DNA from: SAR202 cluster bacterium
GTDB lineage: Bacteria > Chloroflexota > Dehalococcoidia > Lucifugimonadales > UBA826
Assembly (NCBI GenBank): GCA_009392815.1
Contig: VFFS01000058.1
Location: 464-64,463 of the forward strand
Reading direction: 5' to 3'
Length of the DNA stretch: 64,000 nucleotides
This document shows positions 27,558 through 38,436 of this stretch, one piece after another. A model generated the notes under the pieces. It had not been told where the DNA came from, did not search any database, and saw nothing but the letters and a program-made list of their open reading frames with translations. The position numbers and the translations under genes are program-made. Every line of letters starts with the position of its first letter. The stretch's first letter is position 1.

Positions 27558-28508
27558 GTGAGTAGAAATCTTATGAATGAACGCGGTAAAGCAATAGGAA
27601 AAGACTACGGGCTTACTGCCAGAATGATATTTACTGGGTTCATGCTTGCACTTACATACGTTGCCCTATTTGGAATCCTACTTATAAGTGGTCTGCCTTT
27701 CGAACTCGTAATTATTATGGGTATTGGAATGGTGTTTTTTCAATATTTTTTCTCCGACAAGTTAGTTCTCAAAACAACAGGGGCTAAAGTTGTTAGCAAC
27801 ACTGAAGAGCCTAAGCTACATGAGATAATGGAACGTTTGTCGAGAGAGGCCGGAATACCAAAACCCAAGAACATCGCTGTTATGGAGATAGATGTACCAA
27901 ATGCATTTGCCACGGGGCGAAGCCCAAAACATGCCACAGTTGCAGTGACCAGAGGATTGATAAACAGGTTAAATGGAGAAGAACTTGAAGCAGTCCTTGG
28001 GCATGAATTGGCACACGTGAAAAATAGAGATGTTGCAGTTATGACATGGGCCAGCTTGATCGTGGTGATTGCTGGATATTTAATGCAGATGATGTTCTGG
28101 ATGAGTTTGTTCGGAGGATTTGGAGGAGGACATCGAAGAGAAGGTGGAGGCCAAATTTGGGCCATGCTGATGATGGCCTATGTTGGGATAATCATCATAT
28201 ATTTTGTAAGTCAAATGCTGACAATGGCCTTGTCTAGATATCGGGAATATGCCGCCGACCGAGATGGAGCAATAATCACCGGGACACCTCAGGCGCTAGC
28301 GTCTGCTCTCCAAAAAATAAGTGGCCAAATAGCAATGATACCTGAAAAAGATCTTAGGCAAGTTGAGCACGCTAACGCTTTTTTTATAGTGCCGGCACTT
28401 CAAGGAATGTCTATTGCTTCAATGATGTCCAGCCATCCATCAACAGAAAGCCGAGTTGAACGCCTGATGGAAATTCAACGAAATAACTGGCATATACTTT
28501 CAAGATAA
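27558..28508 (+). CDS. htpX: M48-family zinc protease HtpX
   Basis: 316 aa. HELAHVKNRD (HExxH), four TM segments, and C-terminal SSHPSTESRV. The start is uncertain (GTG 27558 or ATG 27573). Confidence 0.85.
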   Translation: MSRNLMNERGKAIGKDYGLTARMIFTGFMLALTYVALFGILLISGLPFELVIIMGIGMVFFQYFFSDKLVLKTTGAKVVSNTEEPKLHEIMERLSREAGIPKPKNIAVMEIDVPNAFATGRSPKHATVAVTRGLINRLNGEELEAVLGHELAHVKNRDVAVMTWASLIVVIAGYLMQMMFWMSLFGGFGGGHRREGGGQIWAMLMMAYVGIIIIYFVSQMLTMALSRYREYAADRDGAIITGTPQALASALQKISGQIAMIPEKDLRQVEHANAFFIVPALQGMSIASMMSSHPSTESRVERLMEIQRNNWHILSR

Positions 28509-28534
28509 CCAAAAGGTAAGTTGAATAAAGGTAT

Positions 28535-29125
28535 ATGTCTTTCCTAAAATCATTGTTTTCCAAGACCCAAAAACTGACAGCCACGGAAATACTTGAAAAA
28601 TTGTCATCATTTGTAGCCATTGAAGGTAATCTTGTAACCCCGGAGACAAAAGCAGCCATATTACTGAGCCCAGATGATCAGGAATTTTTCAATAATTTTT
28701 GTAGTAGGGTGACTCACATGATGGATCAATTGGAGGATCCTCCAAAATTCACATTAAATGCTGATGATCATGGCACAAAATGGATTATTCTGGAGAAATA
28801 TCCGTTTCAGAGTTTGGTCAAGACAGTGGACCGCGTAAGTGCGGAATTATCGATACAGAAAGTCGGAGACCGCATGATTGCAGCGATATTCAAAGGCCGG
28901 TTTAAAAAGGAAGACACCTACTGGATTTGCAACTATAGAACGTCAAATTTCTATCCTTTTGTTCCCCAAAAAGAAACTGGGTCAAATAGAGATCACGGTA
29001 TCCCTGAAGGCTCTAGAAGCAGAAATCATGAAAAAGAAATGGAACTTGGAAAACTATTTAAATTGAGAGGCCTCCCCGTAGAAGCACCTGAAAACTGGTT
29101 CGCTTTGTGGGATGCTCCATTTTAA
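28535..29125 (+). CDS. conserved hypothetical protein, possibly PspAB-like (PspA-associated protein B family)
   Basis: 196 aa, immediately after htpX. The C-terminal pattern Y..NYRTSNFYPFVP....RD...E.EL......L..E..E.WF.LWDAPF resembles my recollection of actinobacterial PspAB proteins. Confidence 0.4.
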   Translation: MSFLKSLFSKTQKLTATEILEKLSSFVAIEGNLVTPETKAAILLSPDDQEFFNNFCSRVTHMMDQLEDPPKFTLNADDHGTKWIILEKYPFQSLVKTVDRVSAELSIQKVGDRMIAAIFKGRFKKEDTYWICNYRTSNFYPFVPQKETGSNRDHGIPEGSRSRNHEKEMELGKLFKLRGLPVEAPENWFALWDAPF

Positions 29126-29319
29126 TCAGCAGTATCGAAAAGCCTTCTTGAGATAACAATTGTAATTGGAATTAATATAATTACTATTAATAAAACTATT
29201 GAGATGGTGGTCAAGTCTCCTCCAAACACGTGGGTGAGCTTGTCTATCAGCCATGCCATAAGGTCAGGGTCGGCTGCTTCAGAATGATGTAGTGGGAAGG
29301 AAAGTAGAAACCCTGGCAA
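29122..29319 (-). CDS. possible small membrane protein
   Basis: 65 aa with one strongly hydrophobic C-terminal segment (ISIVLLIVIILIPITIVI). No homology recognised and it may be spurious. Confidence 0.25.
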   Translation of the reverse strand: MPGFLLSFPLHHSEAADPDLMAWLIDKLTHVFGGDLTTISIVLLIVIILIPITIVISRRLFDTAD

Positions 29320-29449
29320 ATTAAGAGCCTCCTAACGGCCACTGGCTGAGAACTATTAATTTTTCTACGACATCGGATGTTAATGGTATCAATATAAAAA
29401 GCTTTGATAACATTACGGAATCTAACTTGAATAATATAGTACAAACAAA

Positions 29450-31354
29450 ATGGCTGTAATAGGCGCTTCCCAACTCGGACTTCACTACGCTGAAATGGAA
29501 ATATTCAGCGATATAACTCTGCAAGTAAACGAAAAGGCACGGATCGGTATCGTTGGACCAAACGGTAGCGGAAAGACATCCCTTCTGAGAGTTCTACTTG
29601 GAGAGCAAGATTACGATAAGGGCGATATATTCCGTTCTGACCATCTACGTGTAGGATACGTGCCTCAAACTGCCATGCAGTCGGGCTCAGGCACGTTGCG
29701 TGAACAAGTTACAGAAACTTTTCGCCATTTGATGGATCTAGAAAACCAGATGGCAGAAAGTGCACTTGCTATTCAACAAAACAAAGGGACTGAACGCAAA
29801 AAATCAGAGCGAATATACTCCTCTTTGGTTGACAGATACGAGTCAGAGGGGGGCTACGATTACCATAACGCAATTGAGCGTGTAGTTGATGGCGTAGGAC
29901 TGTCTGCAGACATCCTCGACACACTTACTGAAGATGCTAGTGGTGGAGAGAGAACCCGAACTGCCTTGGCCACAGCCTTGCTTGGCGAACCAGATTTGTT
30001 GGTTTTGGATGAGCCAACAAACTATCTTGACTTCAACGGTCTGGAGTGGCTTGAGGGATTTCTCTCAACCTTCCGCAATGCCTTCATAGTCGTCTCTCAC
30101 GACAGGTATTTTCTAGACCGGGTGGTAACTGAGATTTGGGAAATAGACAAAACAAGGATGAAAAGTTACCCAGGTAATTACTCGAAATATAAAATTCTAA
30201 AATCAGAGGAAGATGAGCGACTTTCAAGAGAATACCGAAAACAGCAAGAACACATCCGTAGAGAAGAATCCTTTATAGCACGTTACCACGCGGGCCAACG
30301 GTCAAAAGAAGCTAGAGGTAGAGCTAGAAGACTCGATAAAATTGACATCATTGATGCGCCAACCGTAGAAGACACAGTAGCGATCAGATCTTCTGAAGCA
30401 AGTAGGACAGGTGAAATAGTCATCAGCACCACCGGTTTGAAAGTAGGCTACGCCGACAGTGATGGCAAAAAAGTACAGCTATGTGAAGTGCCCGACGTGA
30501 CAATCAATAGGGGAAGTACAACTGCGATCATCGGGAATAACGGGATAGGCAAAACGACACTTCTAAAAACATTGCTCAGTGATATTCCTGCTCTTGAAGG
30601 AACATCACATCTAGGACACAACGTGAAAACAGGTTACTTTCGTCAGGGATCTGACGAAATACCTCCAAATCTGACAGTGATGGAAGCCCTTCTTCAAATA
30701 AAAAATATTCCGATAGGCGAAGCTCGTAGCTTTCTAGCACGGTTTTTGTTTAAAGGAGAAGACACATTAGATAAGGTTTCTTCCCTTAGTGGTGGAGAGA
30801 GGGGAAGGCTTGCGCTGGCACGCTTACTCCTACTCAGACCAAACGTACTAGTTTTAGACGAACCGACTACCCATTTAGATATCCAGAGTAGAGAAGCTCT
30901 AGAGGAAATGCTCAAAGATTTTAAAGGGACCATATTATTTGTATCCCATGACAGGCATCTAATATCCCTTTTGGCTGACAATCTTTGGATTATCGACAAT
31001 GGCAAAGTTGATGCTTTTAAAGGTTCATATCAAGAATGGCAAAAGTACAACAATCAGAAAAACGTACAGTCAAAGGTTTCTAAATCGGAATTACAAGACG
31101 AGAAAATACGAATTCCTGAAAGAAGCAACCCGAAAAAGAAAAAGGCAAAAAAGAAGATCCAAGCCAAAAAAGAAGATATTGGGCCCAACCGGGAAGAAAT
31201 AATAGATCGACTTGAAAGACGAGTTCAAGAAATCGAGATGGAACTCAATGATTCTACTGCACATTCCGATCTTGAGCGAATCAGAAAACTTGGAACTGAA
31301 CACAGTAAACTAAGCGCTGAATTACAAGACGCTTTAGATCAGTGGGGAAATTAA
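29450..31354 (+). CDS. ABC-F family ATPase (Uup/EttA-like translation factor type)
   Basis: 634 aa. Two Walker A sites (GPNGSGKT, GNNGIGKT), two signatures (SGGERTR, SGGERGR), no TM domain, and a Lys-rich coiled-coil C-terminus. Confidence 0.9.
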   Translation: MAVIGASQLGLHYAEMEIFSDITLQVNEKARIGIVGPNGSGKTSLLRVLLGEQDYDKGDIFRSDHLRVGYVPQTAMQSGSGTLREQVTETFRHLMDLENQMAESALAIQQNKGTERKKSERIYSSLVDRYESEGGYDYHNAIERVVDGVGLSADILDTLTEDASGGERTRTALATALLGEPDLLVLDEPTNYLDFNGLEWLEGFLSTFRNAFIVVSHDRYFLDRVVTEIWEIDKTRMKSYPGNYSKYKILKSEEDERLSREYRKQQEHIRREESFIARYHAGQRSKEARGRARRLDKIDIIDAPTVEDTVAIRSSEASRTGEIVISTTGLKVGYADSDGKKVQLCEVPDVTINRGSTTAIIGNNGIGKTTLLKTLLSDIPALEGTSHLGHNVKTGYFRQGSDEIPPNLTVMEALLQIKNIPIGEARSFLARFLFKGEDTLDKVSSLSGGERGRLALARLLLLRPNVLVLDEPTTHLDIQSREALEEMLKDFKGTILFVSHDRHLISLLADNLWIIDNGKVDAFKGSYQEWQKYNNQKNVQSKVSKSELQDEKIRIPERSNPKKKKAKKKIQAKKEDIGPNREEIIDRLERRVQEIEMELNDSTAHSDLERIRKLGTEHSKLSAELQDALDQWGN

Positions 31355-31364
31355 AACACCTATA

Positions 31365-31961
31365 TTAGTCGGCATAAAGAGATAGTGCCTTCTGATAGTC
31401 TTCATAAGTATTGAGGTCAAGATGTATCCGTGAGTCCGAGAATTGCACTTCGTTCACAACATTCCTGTACTCATTAAATATTTTTCGTAACCCTCCATCC
31501 ACCTCATCTAAAGAGAGAATCTCTTTCCTTAATTGAGAAGAAAAAATAACCGGGTGTCCGCCCTTATTCTCAAATCTTGGAGAGGTTATAAGAGCTCCTG
31601 TTTCTATATGACTTTCTACTAATTTTGCTATTACGTCATGGGTCCTAGGCTGATCAACACCGAGCAGAACATAGCAATCAGCCTCTTGCGACGCAGATTG
31701 AACGCCACACTTGATTGAAGAAACCCTACCTGTCTTATAGTCGACATTTTTGGTCAGGGTTACATTTTGCCCAGAAAGCTCGCCACAAACATCATTGGAT
31801 CTATGACCAAGAACAACCACAATCTCAGAACATCCGCCCTTACGCAGTGAATTTATCTGGTGTCTTATCAGAGAAATGCCATTCCACGGTAGAAGAGCCT
31901 TCATTTGACCCATCCTGCTCGAATATCCAGCGGCAGTTAATATAGCTGCTATATTTGGCAC
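31365..31961 (-). CDS. mocA: molybdenum cofactor cytidylyltransferase (MocA-type nucleotidyltransferase)
   Basis: 198 aa. N-terminal AAILTAAGYSSRMG..KALL, and located directly downstream of xdhC. Confidence 0.7.
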   Translation of the reverse strand: MPNIAAILTAAGYSSRMGQMKALLPWNGISLIRHQINSLRKGGCSEIVVVLGHRSNDVCGELSGQNVTLTKNVDYKTGRVSSIKCGVQSASQEADCYVLLGVDQPRTHDVIAKLVESHIETGALITSPRFENKGGHPVIFSSQLRKEILSLDEVDGGLRKIFNEYRNVVNEVQFSDSRIHLDLNTYEDYQKALSLYAD

Positions 31962-31967
31962 TTTTAA

Positions 31968-33122
31968 CTACAGATTAATTGGTTGACCGAAAGGTTTTTC
32001 AGGTGTGGCTGCTACTTTCTTTTCAATCCTCTCAAGTTGAGAATCATCTAATTTCATTGGTGATCCAGTGCCACCAAGTCTGAACATTAATATTTCTGAC
32101 ATTATGCTTATGGCTATTTCTTCGGGTGTTCTTGCTCTAATATCGAGTCCGATGGGTGAGCGAATCTCTTTGATCCTGTCCTTAGTCAATTCGCTTCGCA
32201 TTAAATCTTCATAAATTAGTATGGTCTTTCTCTTACTACCCATTAACCCTACATATTTGGCAGAAGTTTTAGCTGCGGCAAGGAGAGCTGTATTGTCATA
32301 TCTATGTCCCCTCGTTGCCACAACAATAAATGTATTCGGATTTATAGGAAGAGTAGGTAATGCATCTTCAGGTTTGTCATTTACAACAATGTCCGCCTCA
32401 GGGAATCTATTTTGGTTTGCAAATTCCTCCCTATCGTCCGTTATAAACAATCTGAATTCCAAAGGTTTGGCCAGTGAAGCTAGGGCTCTAGACACATGTC
32501 CACCGCCACAAATCACAAGCTGAGGAGGAGTCGTGTAGGCCTCAATGAAATATTCGGCTCCAGTAGCCGTGATCACATATTCATTACGCCCATGCACCAT
32601 CAATTCAAAAGCCTTGTCAATTGCCGCTACATCAATATCTTTGCTTCCCAGGGATCCTTCAGTATCTCCATTTTCGCGAATGAATAATTTGTCCCCAATG
32701 ACTGAAATACCATCATCTCCTGACTTAATAACAGTTGCTACTGCTACTGCCCCTTTCCCGTTATAAGCATCTGAAATTTCCTCTGCGTAGGGAAGGTAGT
32801 CTTCGGGACTGTAAACTGGATCGATTAGAAAATACATAGTCCCCCCGCATACGAGTCCATCCTCGGCAGCGAGTTCTTCATTGAGTTCGTATTCCTTGTA
32901 CTCTGCTGACCCCCCATCTTGCATAAGTTGCTTTGCAGCAAACCATATATCTCCTTCGACGCATCCTCCCCCCAGAGTCCCTACTCCAGACCCATCCTGT
33001 CTCACTAAAAGCTTTGCCCCGGGCTTTTGTGGTGTTGATCCTTTCGTCCTGATTACAGTAGCCAAGACTACAGGTTCACCGTTACCAAGCTTATCTACAG
33101 CGTCTTCAAATACCTCTTTCAT
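31968..33122 (-). CDS. xdhC: XdhC/CoxI-family molybdenum hydroxylase maturation protein
   Basis: 384 aa. N-terminal XdhC_CoxI pattern (VLATVIRTKGSTPQKPGAKLLV..DG...GTLGGGCVE) and a C-terminal Rossmann-like XdhC_C (VICGGGHVS). Confidence 0.8.
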   Translation of the reverse strand: MKEVFEDAVDKLGNGEPVVLATVIRTKGSTPQKPGAKLLVRQDGSGVGTLGGGCVEGDIWFAAKQLMQDGGSAEYKEYELNEELAAEDGLVCGGTMYFLIDPVYSPEDYLPYAEEISDAYNGKGAVAVATVIKSGDDGISVIGDKLFIRENGDTEGSLGSKDIDVAAIDKAFELMVHGRNEYVITATGAEYFIEAYTTPPQLVICGGGHVSRALASLAKPLEFRLFITDDREEFANQNRFPEADIVVNDKPEDALPTLPINPNTFIVVATRGHRYDNTALLAAAKTSAKYVGLMGSKRKTILIYEDLMRSELTKDRIKEIRSPIGLDIRARTPEEIAISIMSEILMFRLGGTGSPMKLDDSQLERIEKKVAATPEKPFGQPINL

Positions 33123-33306
33123 AAGGCCAACTCCTAAACGATCTAGGCAATATAATACCTTGTTTATGTAGGCTTCATATAATTACCCTTCACCACTAGG
33201 GTACCAAGTGATACATTACTGTCAAACTTAAAAACACACACAATGTAGATCTCTAGCTTACATTGCATTTACTAAAAGTATCCCCAGACAGAGGGTTTGG
33301 CTAAGA

Positions 33307-33957
33307 ATGACAACAGAAATGAGAAATCTCCCTCTTTTCCCTCTACACACAGTTCTTTTCCCAGGAGCGACTATACCCCTTCAAATATTTGAGGATCGAT
33401 ATAAGAAGATGATTAATTACTGTCTTGAATCCGATTCGATGTTTGGAATCGTTCTGATCAAGGAAGGTGATGAGGTGGGAGGCCCTGCAATTCCACACAA
33501 TGTAGGAACTGTTGCGAAAATAACAAATACCAGAGAAATTTCGGGCGGCCGAATATACATTTCTGTATTAGGAACCAAACGCTTCAGAATAAACGAAATA
33601 GTGCAAGATACTCCATATCTTGTTGCCGAAGTTGAGGTTGGGGAGCCTGAAGATGATCCATACATTCCAGAAGATGAACTATCCTCAATTAAAAAAGCAA
33701 CATCGGAATACGTTGAACATCTTTTGAGTATTAGGGGGGGATGGGCTACTGATACCCCGACTCCTCCTAACCCAGTTGAACTCTCCTATTTCCTGGCCCA
33801 ACTCCTACAGATTGACATGACCAAGAGGCAAGACATCCTAGGAAACAACTCATGCCGCGACCGACTTGATGCTTGCAAGAAATACCTGGAACAAGCAAAC
33901 GCTTCACTCTCGATTCAAACTAGATTAGAAGTAAACCTTAAATTCAGCAGGCACTAA
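33307..33957 (+). CDS. LON N-terminal (substrate-binding) domain protein
   Basis: 216 aa. LPLFPLHTVLFPGATIPLQIFEDRYKKMI is the canonical start of the LON/PUA-like N domain. No ATPase or protease domain. Confidence 0.8.
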   Translation: MTTEMRNLPLFPLHTVLFPGATIPLQIFEDRYKKMINYCLESDSMFGIVLIKEGDEVGGPAIPHNVGTVAKITNTREISGGRIYISVLGTKRFRINEIVQDTPYLVAEVEVGEPEDDPYIPEDELSSIKKATSEYVEHLLSIRGGWATDTPTPPNPVELSYFLAQLLQIDMTKRQDILGNNSCRDRLDACKKYLEQANASLSIQTRLEVNLKFSRH

Positions 33958-33966
33958 TAAAGTTTG

Positions 33967-35160
33967 CTAGGATTGCAGGGCTCCTTCCTTGGCAAGAAAA
34001 TCTCCCAGTTTAGCAATCCCTTCTTCTATTTCCTCCGGCTTATTGTATCCATAGCATAGTCTGATGTAATTTCTACCGCTAACACCATCTGGGGAATAGT
34101 TAGTGCCCGGGTGGAAACCAACATCTATTTCTTCTAAAGCTTTGCTACTCAATGAAACCATGTCTGCATCATCATTCAACTTCATCCAAATGTATAGTCC
34201 ACCGTCTGGGTCACTCCATTCAGCGCCAGTTCCAAAATTTTCACCAAGTGCTGCTAGCATCGCATCCCGTTTAACACGTTGGATATTATTGATCTTCTCA
34301 ACGTGAGCATCCAGATACTTACGTGCATACTTTTCGACTGCCATAGCAGTAAATTCACTTATGCGTCCGCTCTTAACCATCATTGCACGATCCAAAATCT
34401 CCCCGGGAGCTGTCATGTATCCCAAGCTCATTCCAGGAGCAATAATTTTTGAGAATGAACCCACGTACATCACGCTGTTCTGATCATCCATGTTATACAT
34501 CGACGTGACCTGATCTCCACCATACCTGTTGTCAGCATAGCAATCATCCTCAAGAATAGGCACTCCATGCTTGTGAGTTACTTTCAACAATTGCTCTCTA
34601 CGGTTTCTCGAGATCGTGAACCCTTGAGGATTTTGAAAAGTAGCAATTAGGTACACGTATTTTGGTCTCTTCCCTTCCTGCACCGCCTTTGATATTTCAA
34701 AGTCCAGAGCATCTGGGTCCATACCCTCTTCGTCAGAAGAGACTCCACGTATGTCGGCTGAATGCCTTCTCAAGGTATTCAGGGTACCGCCATATACCCA
34801 TTCATCAGTTATGACTACATCTCCAGGGTTGACTAATATGGCAGATATCATGTCAATGGGTTGACCAGATCCGTTTCCAAGTATGATGTCATCCGCAGTA
34901 GCGGAGATATCTCTTTCACGTCTAATTTTCTCGGCAACATATTCCCTCAAAGGCGTGTTACCTTGCGGATGAGGATAAACCGCTAACTCATCACCAGTTT
35001 CAGACAACGCCTCCCTGAGACACTCCATTATCTCGTCATGTGGCAAAGACACTGGATCAGGGTAGGCTACCGCGAAATCGTACTTTCCTCTGCGTGGGCG
35101 AGCTCCCCTGCCTCCATCTGGGATGTGGTCAGCGAGAAGTGAACGGAAATCGAGTGCCAT
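33967..35160 (-). CDS. PLP-dependent aminotransferase, class I/II fold
   Basis: ATG 35160 has AAGGAG upstream and gives MALDFRSLL. PLP-Lys motif SFSKIIAPG. The ORF-track start at 35223 is probably a 5' over-extension. Confidence 0.8.
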   Translation of the reverse strand: MALDFRSLLADHIPDGGRGARPRRGKYDFAVAYPDPVSLPHDEIMECLREALSETGDELAVYPHPQGNTPLREYVAEKIRRERDISATADDIILGNGSGQPIDMISAILVNPGDVVITDEWVYGGTLNTLRRHSADIRGVSSDEEGMDPDALDFEISKAVQEGKRPKYVYLIATFQNPQGFTISRNRREQLLKVTHKHGVPILEDDCYADNRYGGDQVTSMYNMDDQNSVMYVGSFSKIIAPGMSLGYMTAPGEILDRAMMVKSGRISEFTAMAVEKYARKYLDAHVEKINNIQRVKRDAMLAALGENFGTGAEWSDPDGGLYIWMKLNDDADMVSLSSKALEEIDVGFHPGTNYSPDGVSGRNYIRLCYGYNKPEEIEEGIAKLGDFLAKEGALQS

Positions 35161-35307
35161 GAATTTCTCCTTGCGATTAAATATCTCGGATATTCGAAGG
35201 ATTCTATATCTATAACACGACATTCTTCAAGGTTAAGCTCCGACATTTGGGTGATAGAATCACCTAGGACAGAGTACTCATATAGCTATGTTTAAAGGGC
35301 GGTAATT

Positions 35308-38187
35308 TTGGCGTCGAGTGGATTAGCAAAAAATATAATCGTTAAAGGTGCTAGGGAACATAACCTCAAAAATGTTGACGTCATAATCCCTAGAAACAAG
35401 CTAGTCGTTATTACTGGGGTTTCAGGTTCCGGTAAAAGTTCTCTGGCTTTCGACACCATCTACGCTGAGGGTCAGCGCAGGTATGTTGAATCCCTTTCCT
35501 CATATGCACGGCAGTTTCTTGGAAGGATGGATAAACCTGAGGTTGACTACATAGAGGGTCTTTCTCCAGCTATTTCAATTGACCAAAAGGGAACTTCCCA
35601 CAACCCTAGATCAACGGTTGGAACAGTTACAGAAATTTACGACTATCTTAGACTTTTATTTGCCCGAATAGGCACACCTCATTGCTACAAATGTGGACGT
35701 GTGATCCAGAAACAAACGGTGCAGCAAATAGCCGATTCAATTCTTTCGCTTCCTGAGGAGAGCAAGATTCAAATACTTGCACCTGTTGTCAGAAGGAGAA
35801 AAGGTGAACACAAAGAAGTCTTTGAATCGGCAAGACGTGCTGGATTCGTAAGGGTTCGTGTTAACGGGGAAACGCGTGATTTGTCAGAAACATTCGACCT
35901 AGACAAACAGAAATGGCACAACATAGATGTGGTAGTTGACAGATTAGTTATTAATTCAGATGTGGACAGTGGGAGGGTGACGGAAAGTGCAGAGGCAGCA
36001 CTATCTCAATCAGATGGTCTAGTTATGGTTGACGTTCAAGGCGGAGATGAACTGATATTCTCTGAAGACTTTGCGTGTGTCCATTGCAATGTAGGTTTAG
36101 GAGAATTGGAACCGCGTACTTTCAGTTTCAACAACCCACATGGTGCTTGCAACACCTGCACAGGCCTAGGATTTAAACTGGTAGTAGACCCTGATCTTGT
36201 CATACCGGACAAATCCCGTTCAATAACGGACGGCGGTATAGTCGGATGGGCGCGTTCTGGATCAATGTCACCGTGGTATTCAAGTCAATTACTATCCCTA
36301 GCAGACTCAATAGGATTTGACCCCGACGTCCCAATAAACAAATTAACCGAAGATCATCTCAACATCATTTTGAACGGTACCGGCAGTAAAAGAATCCAGG
36401 TGAATCACAAAACAAGAAGGGGCAGAACTTACCGGTGGAGGACAAAATTCGAGGGAGTGATTAATAACCTGGAAAGACGACACACTGAAACGGAATCTGA
36501 AAGCGTTAGAAAAGAGATCGAACGTTACATGACCTCGCTACCATGTCAAAGTTGTCAAGGACAAAGACTAAGACCTGAAGCTCTAGCAGTCACTATAAAC
36601 GAAAGCACGATAATGAACGTCACAGAGTTGTCGATAAGAGCATGCTATCAATGGACAATCGATTTATCTGATAATGCTGTATTAACCGACAGGCAATTAT
36701 CCATTGCATCCCAAATCCTGAAAGAAATCAGTGCTCGCCTAGAATTTCTATTAAACGTAGGTCTCGATTATCTGACTCTAAGTAGGACAGCATCGACTTT
36801 AAGTGGAGGGGAGGCTCAAAGGATCCGCCTAGCAACTCAAATAGGTTCGGGTTTGATGGGAGTACTTTATGTCTGCGATGAACCCTCCATAGGCCTTCAC
36901 CCAGCAGACGATGATCGTCTTATCAACACATTAAAAGGACTTCGAGATGTCGGAAATACTGTGCTAATAGTGGAACATGATGAGGCAATAATGAGGGCCG
37001 CTGACCATATTGTGGATTTGGGGCCGGGGGCAGGGGAACATGGAGGCCAGATAGTCGCATCAGGAACACCCAAAAAAGTAATGTCAAACACAAAATCACT
37101 TACGGGGCAATACCTATCGGGCAAAAAAAAGATAGCCATCCCAACTCATAGAAGGACCACCAACGGATCTAGTATCACAATAAAGGGAGCTTCACAAAAT
37201 AATCTCAAGAATATAGACATAGAAATCCCGTTAGGTATATTTGTTTGCATCACAGGTGTGTCTGGTTCGGGTAAAAGTACGCTTATAAATGAGATCCTTC
37301 ACAAGAAACTCGCTCAACACTTTTACGGCTCTCGCGATAGACCTGGATCTTTCGAAGAAATTGATGGGATAGACAATCTCGATAAGGTTGTAAACATAGA
37401 TCAATCACCGATTGGTAGGACCCCAAGGAGTAACCCAGCAACCTATACCGGTACCTTTACGCCCATTAGGGAACTTTTTTCCCAAGTACCTGAAGCCAGA
37501 AGTAGAGGATATAAACCCGGCAGATTTTCGTTTAATGTAAAAGGAGGACGATGCGAAGCCTGTTCAGGTGATGGACAAATAAATATTGAAATGCAATTTC
37601 TTCCGGACGTCAGTGTACCTTGCGAAGAATGCGACGGAAACAGGTATAACAGGGAAGCTCTTGAAATTCTTTACAGGGGATTTAGCATAGCTGATGTACT
37701 CTCTATGACTGTTACGGAAGCGGTTGAACTATTCTCAAATATCCCAAGAATCAGTAATAAATTGCAGACATTAAAGGATGTAGGGTTGGGGTACATCAAG
37801 TTGGGACAACCAGCAACTCAATTAAGTGGTGGAGAAGCCCAGAGAGTTAAACTCGCTACCGAACTCTCTAAAAGAGCCACAGGACAAACGCTCTATATAC
37901 TGGACGAGCCGACAACAGGATTATCATTCGAAGATTGTGCCCACTTATTGAAGGTTATGCACCGCTTGGTCGATTCTGGTAATTCGGTAGTTCTAATAGA
38001 ACATCATTTAGATCTGATCAAAAACGCGGATTGGCTCATTGATATGGGTCCTGGGGCTGGGGACAGAGGAGGGGAAATAGTTTGCGTGGGAACTCCCGAA
38101 GAAGTATCCCAGATTAAAACCTCTCACACAGGGTACTATCTACACTCATTGCTGACTGATATCCCAGTGGGTGCCGTGGCAGATTGA
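35308..38187 (+). CDS. uvrA: excinuclease ABC subunit A
   Basis: 959 aa, TTG start. GVSGSGKSS twice, LSGGEAQR twice, and zinc modules (CxxC pairs). Confidence 0.97.
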   Translation: MASSGLAKNIIVKGAREHNLKNVDVIIPRNKLVVITGVSGSGKSSLAFDTIYAEGQRRYVESLSSYARQFLGRMDKPEVDYIEGLSPAISIDQKGTSHNPRSTVGTVTEIYDYLRLLFARIGTPHCYKCGRVIQKQTVQQIADSILSLPEESKIQILAPVVRRRKGEHKEVFESARRAGFVRVRVNGETRDLSETFDLDKQKWHNIDVVVDRLVINSDVDSGRVTESAEAALSQSDGLVMVDVQGGDELIFSEDFACVHCNVGLGELEPRTFSFNNPHGACNTCTGLGFKLVVDPDLVIPDKSRSITDGGIVGWARSGSMSPWYSSQLLSLADSIGFDPDVPINKLTEDHLNIILNGTGSKRIQVNHKTRRGRTYRWRTKFEGVINNLERRHTETESESVRKEIERYMTSLPCQSCQGQRLRPEALAVTINESTIMNVTELSIRACYQWTIDLSDNAVLTDRQLSIASQILKEISARLEFLLNVGLDYLTLSRTASTLSGGEAQRIRLATQIGSGLMGVLYVCDEPSIGLHPADDDRLINTLKGLRDVGNTVLIVEHDEAIMRAADHIVDLGPGAGEHGGQIVASGTPKKVMSNTKSLTGQYLSGKKKIAIPTHRRTTNGSSITIKGASQNNLKNIDIEIPLGIFVCITGVSGSGKSTLINEILHKKLAQHFYGSRDRPGSFEEIDGIDNLDKVVNIDQSPIGRTPRSNPATYTGTFTPIRELFSQVPEARSRGYKPGRFSFNVKGGRCEACSGDGQINIEMQFLPDVSVPCEECDGNRYNREALEILYRGFSIADVLSMTVTEAVELFSNIPRISNKLQTLKDVGLGYIKLGQPATQLSGGEAQRVKLATELSKRATGQTLYILDEPTTGLSFEDCAHLLKVMHRLVDSGNSVVLIEHHLDLIKNADWLIDMGPGAGDRGGEIVCVGTPEEVSQIKTSHTGYYLHSLLTDIPVGAVAD

Positions 38188-38272
38188 CCTGGGACATCTC
38201 GATCACAGAGATAAAGATGTTTATGCCATCCTATCCCATACCAATGTAGTGACTAATCAGGTTTATTGTTCA

Positions 38273-38337
38273 CCTTTATCCCATATGTTAGACTGATCCG
38301 GCAAATCGGGCTGTCATATGGGGATAAGTCCGATTGC
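38273..38337 (+). other. imperfect 13-bp hairpin plus a competing 8-9-bp pairing in the leader of the Mo-hydroxylase operon
   Basis: 38275-38287 pairs with 38315-38328 (one bulged G). 38301-38309 pairs with 38330-37 (one bulged A). The TATCCCATA motif occurs at 38232 and 38277, and inverted (TATCCCCATA) at 38317-38326. Confidence 0.5.
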
Positions 38338-38436
38338 TTAGCCCATTGAAGTGCATTGCTTTAGTAATAAACATAAAAATGGACAATTAAGCGTGCGTAA
38401 CGCATATTTCAGACGCAGTATTAAGGAGGCAGGCTT

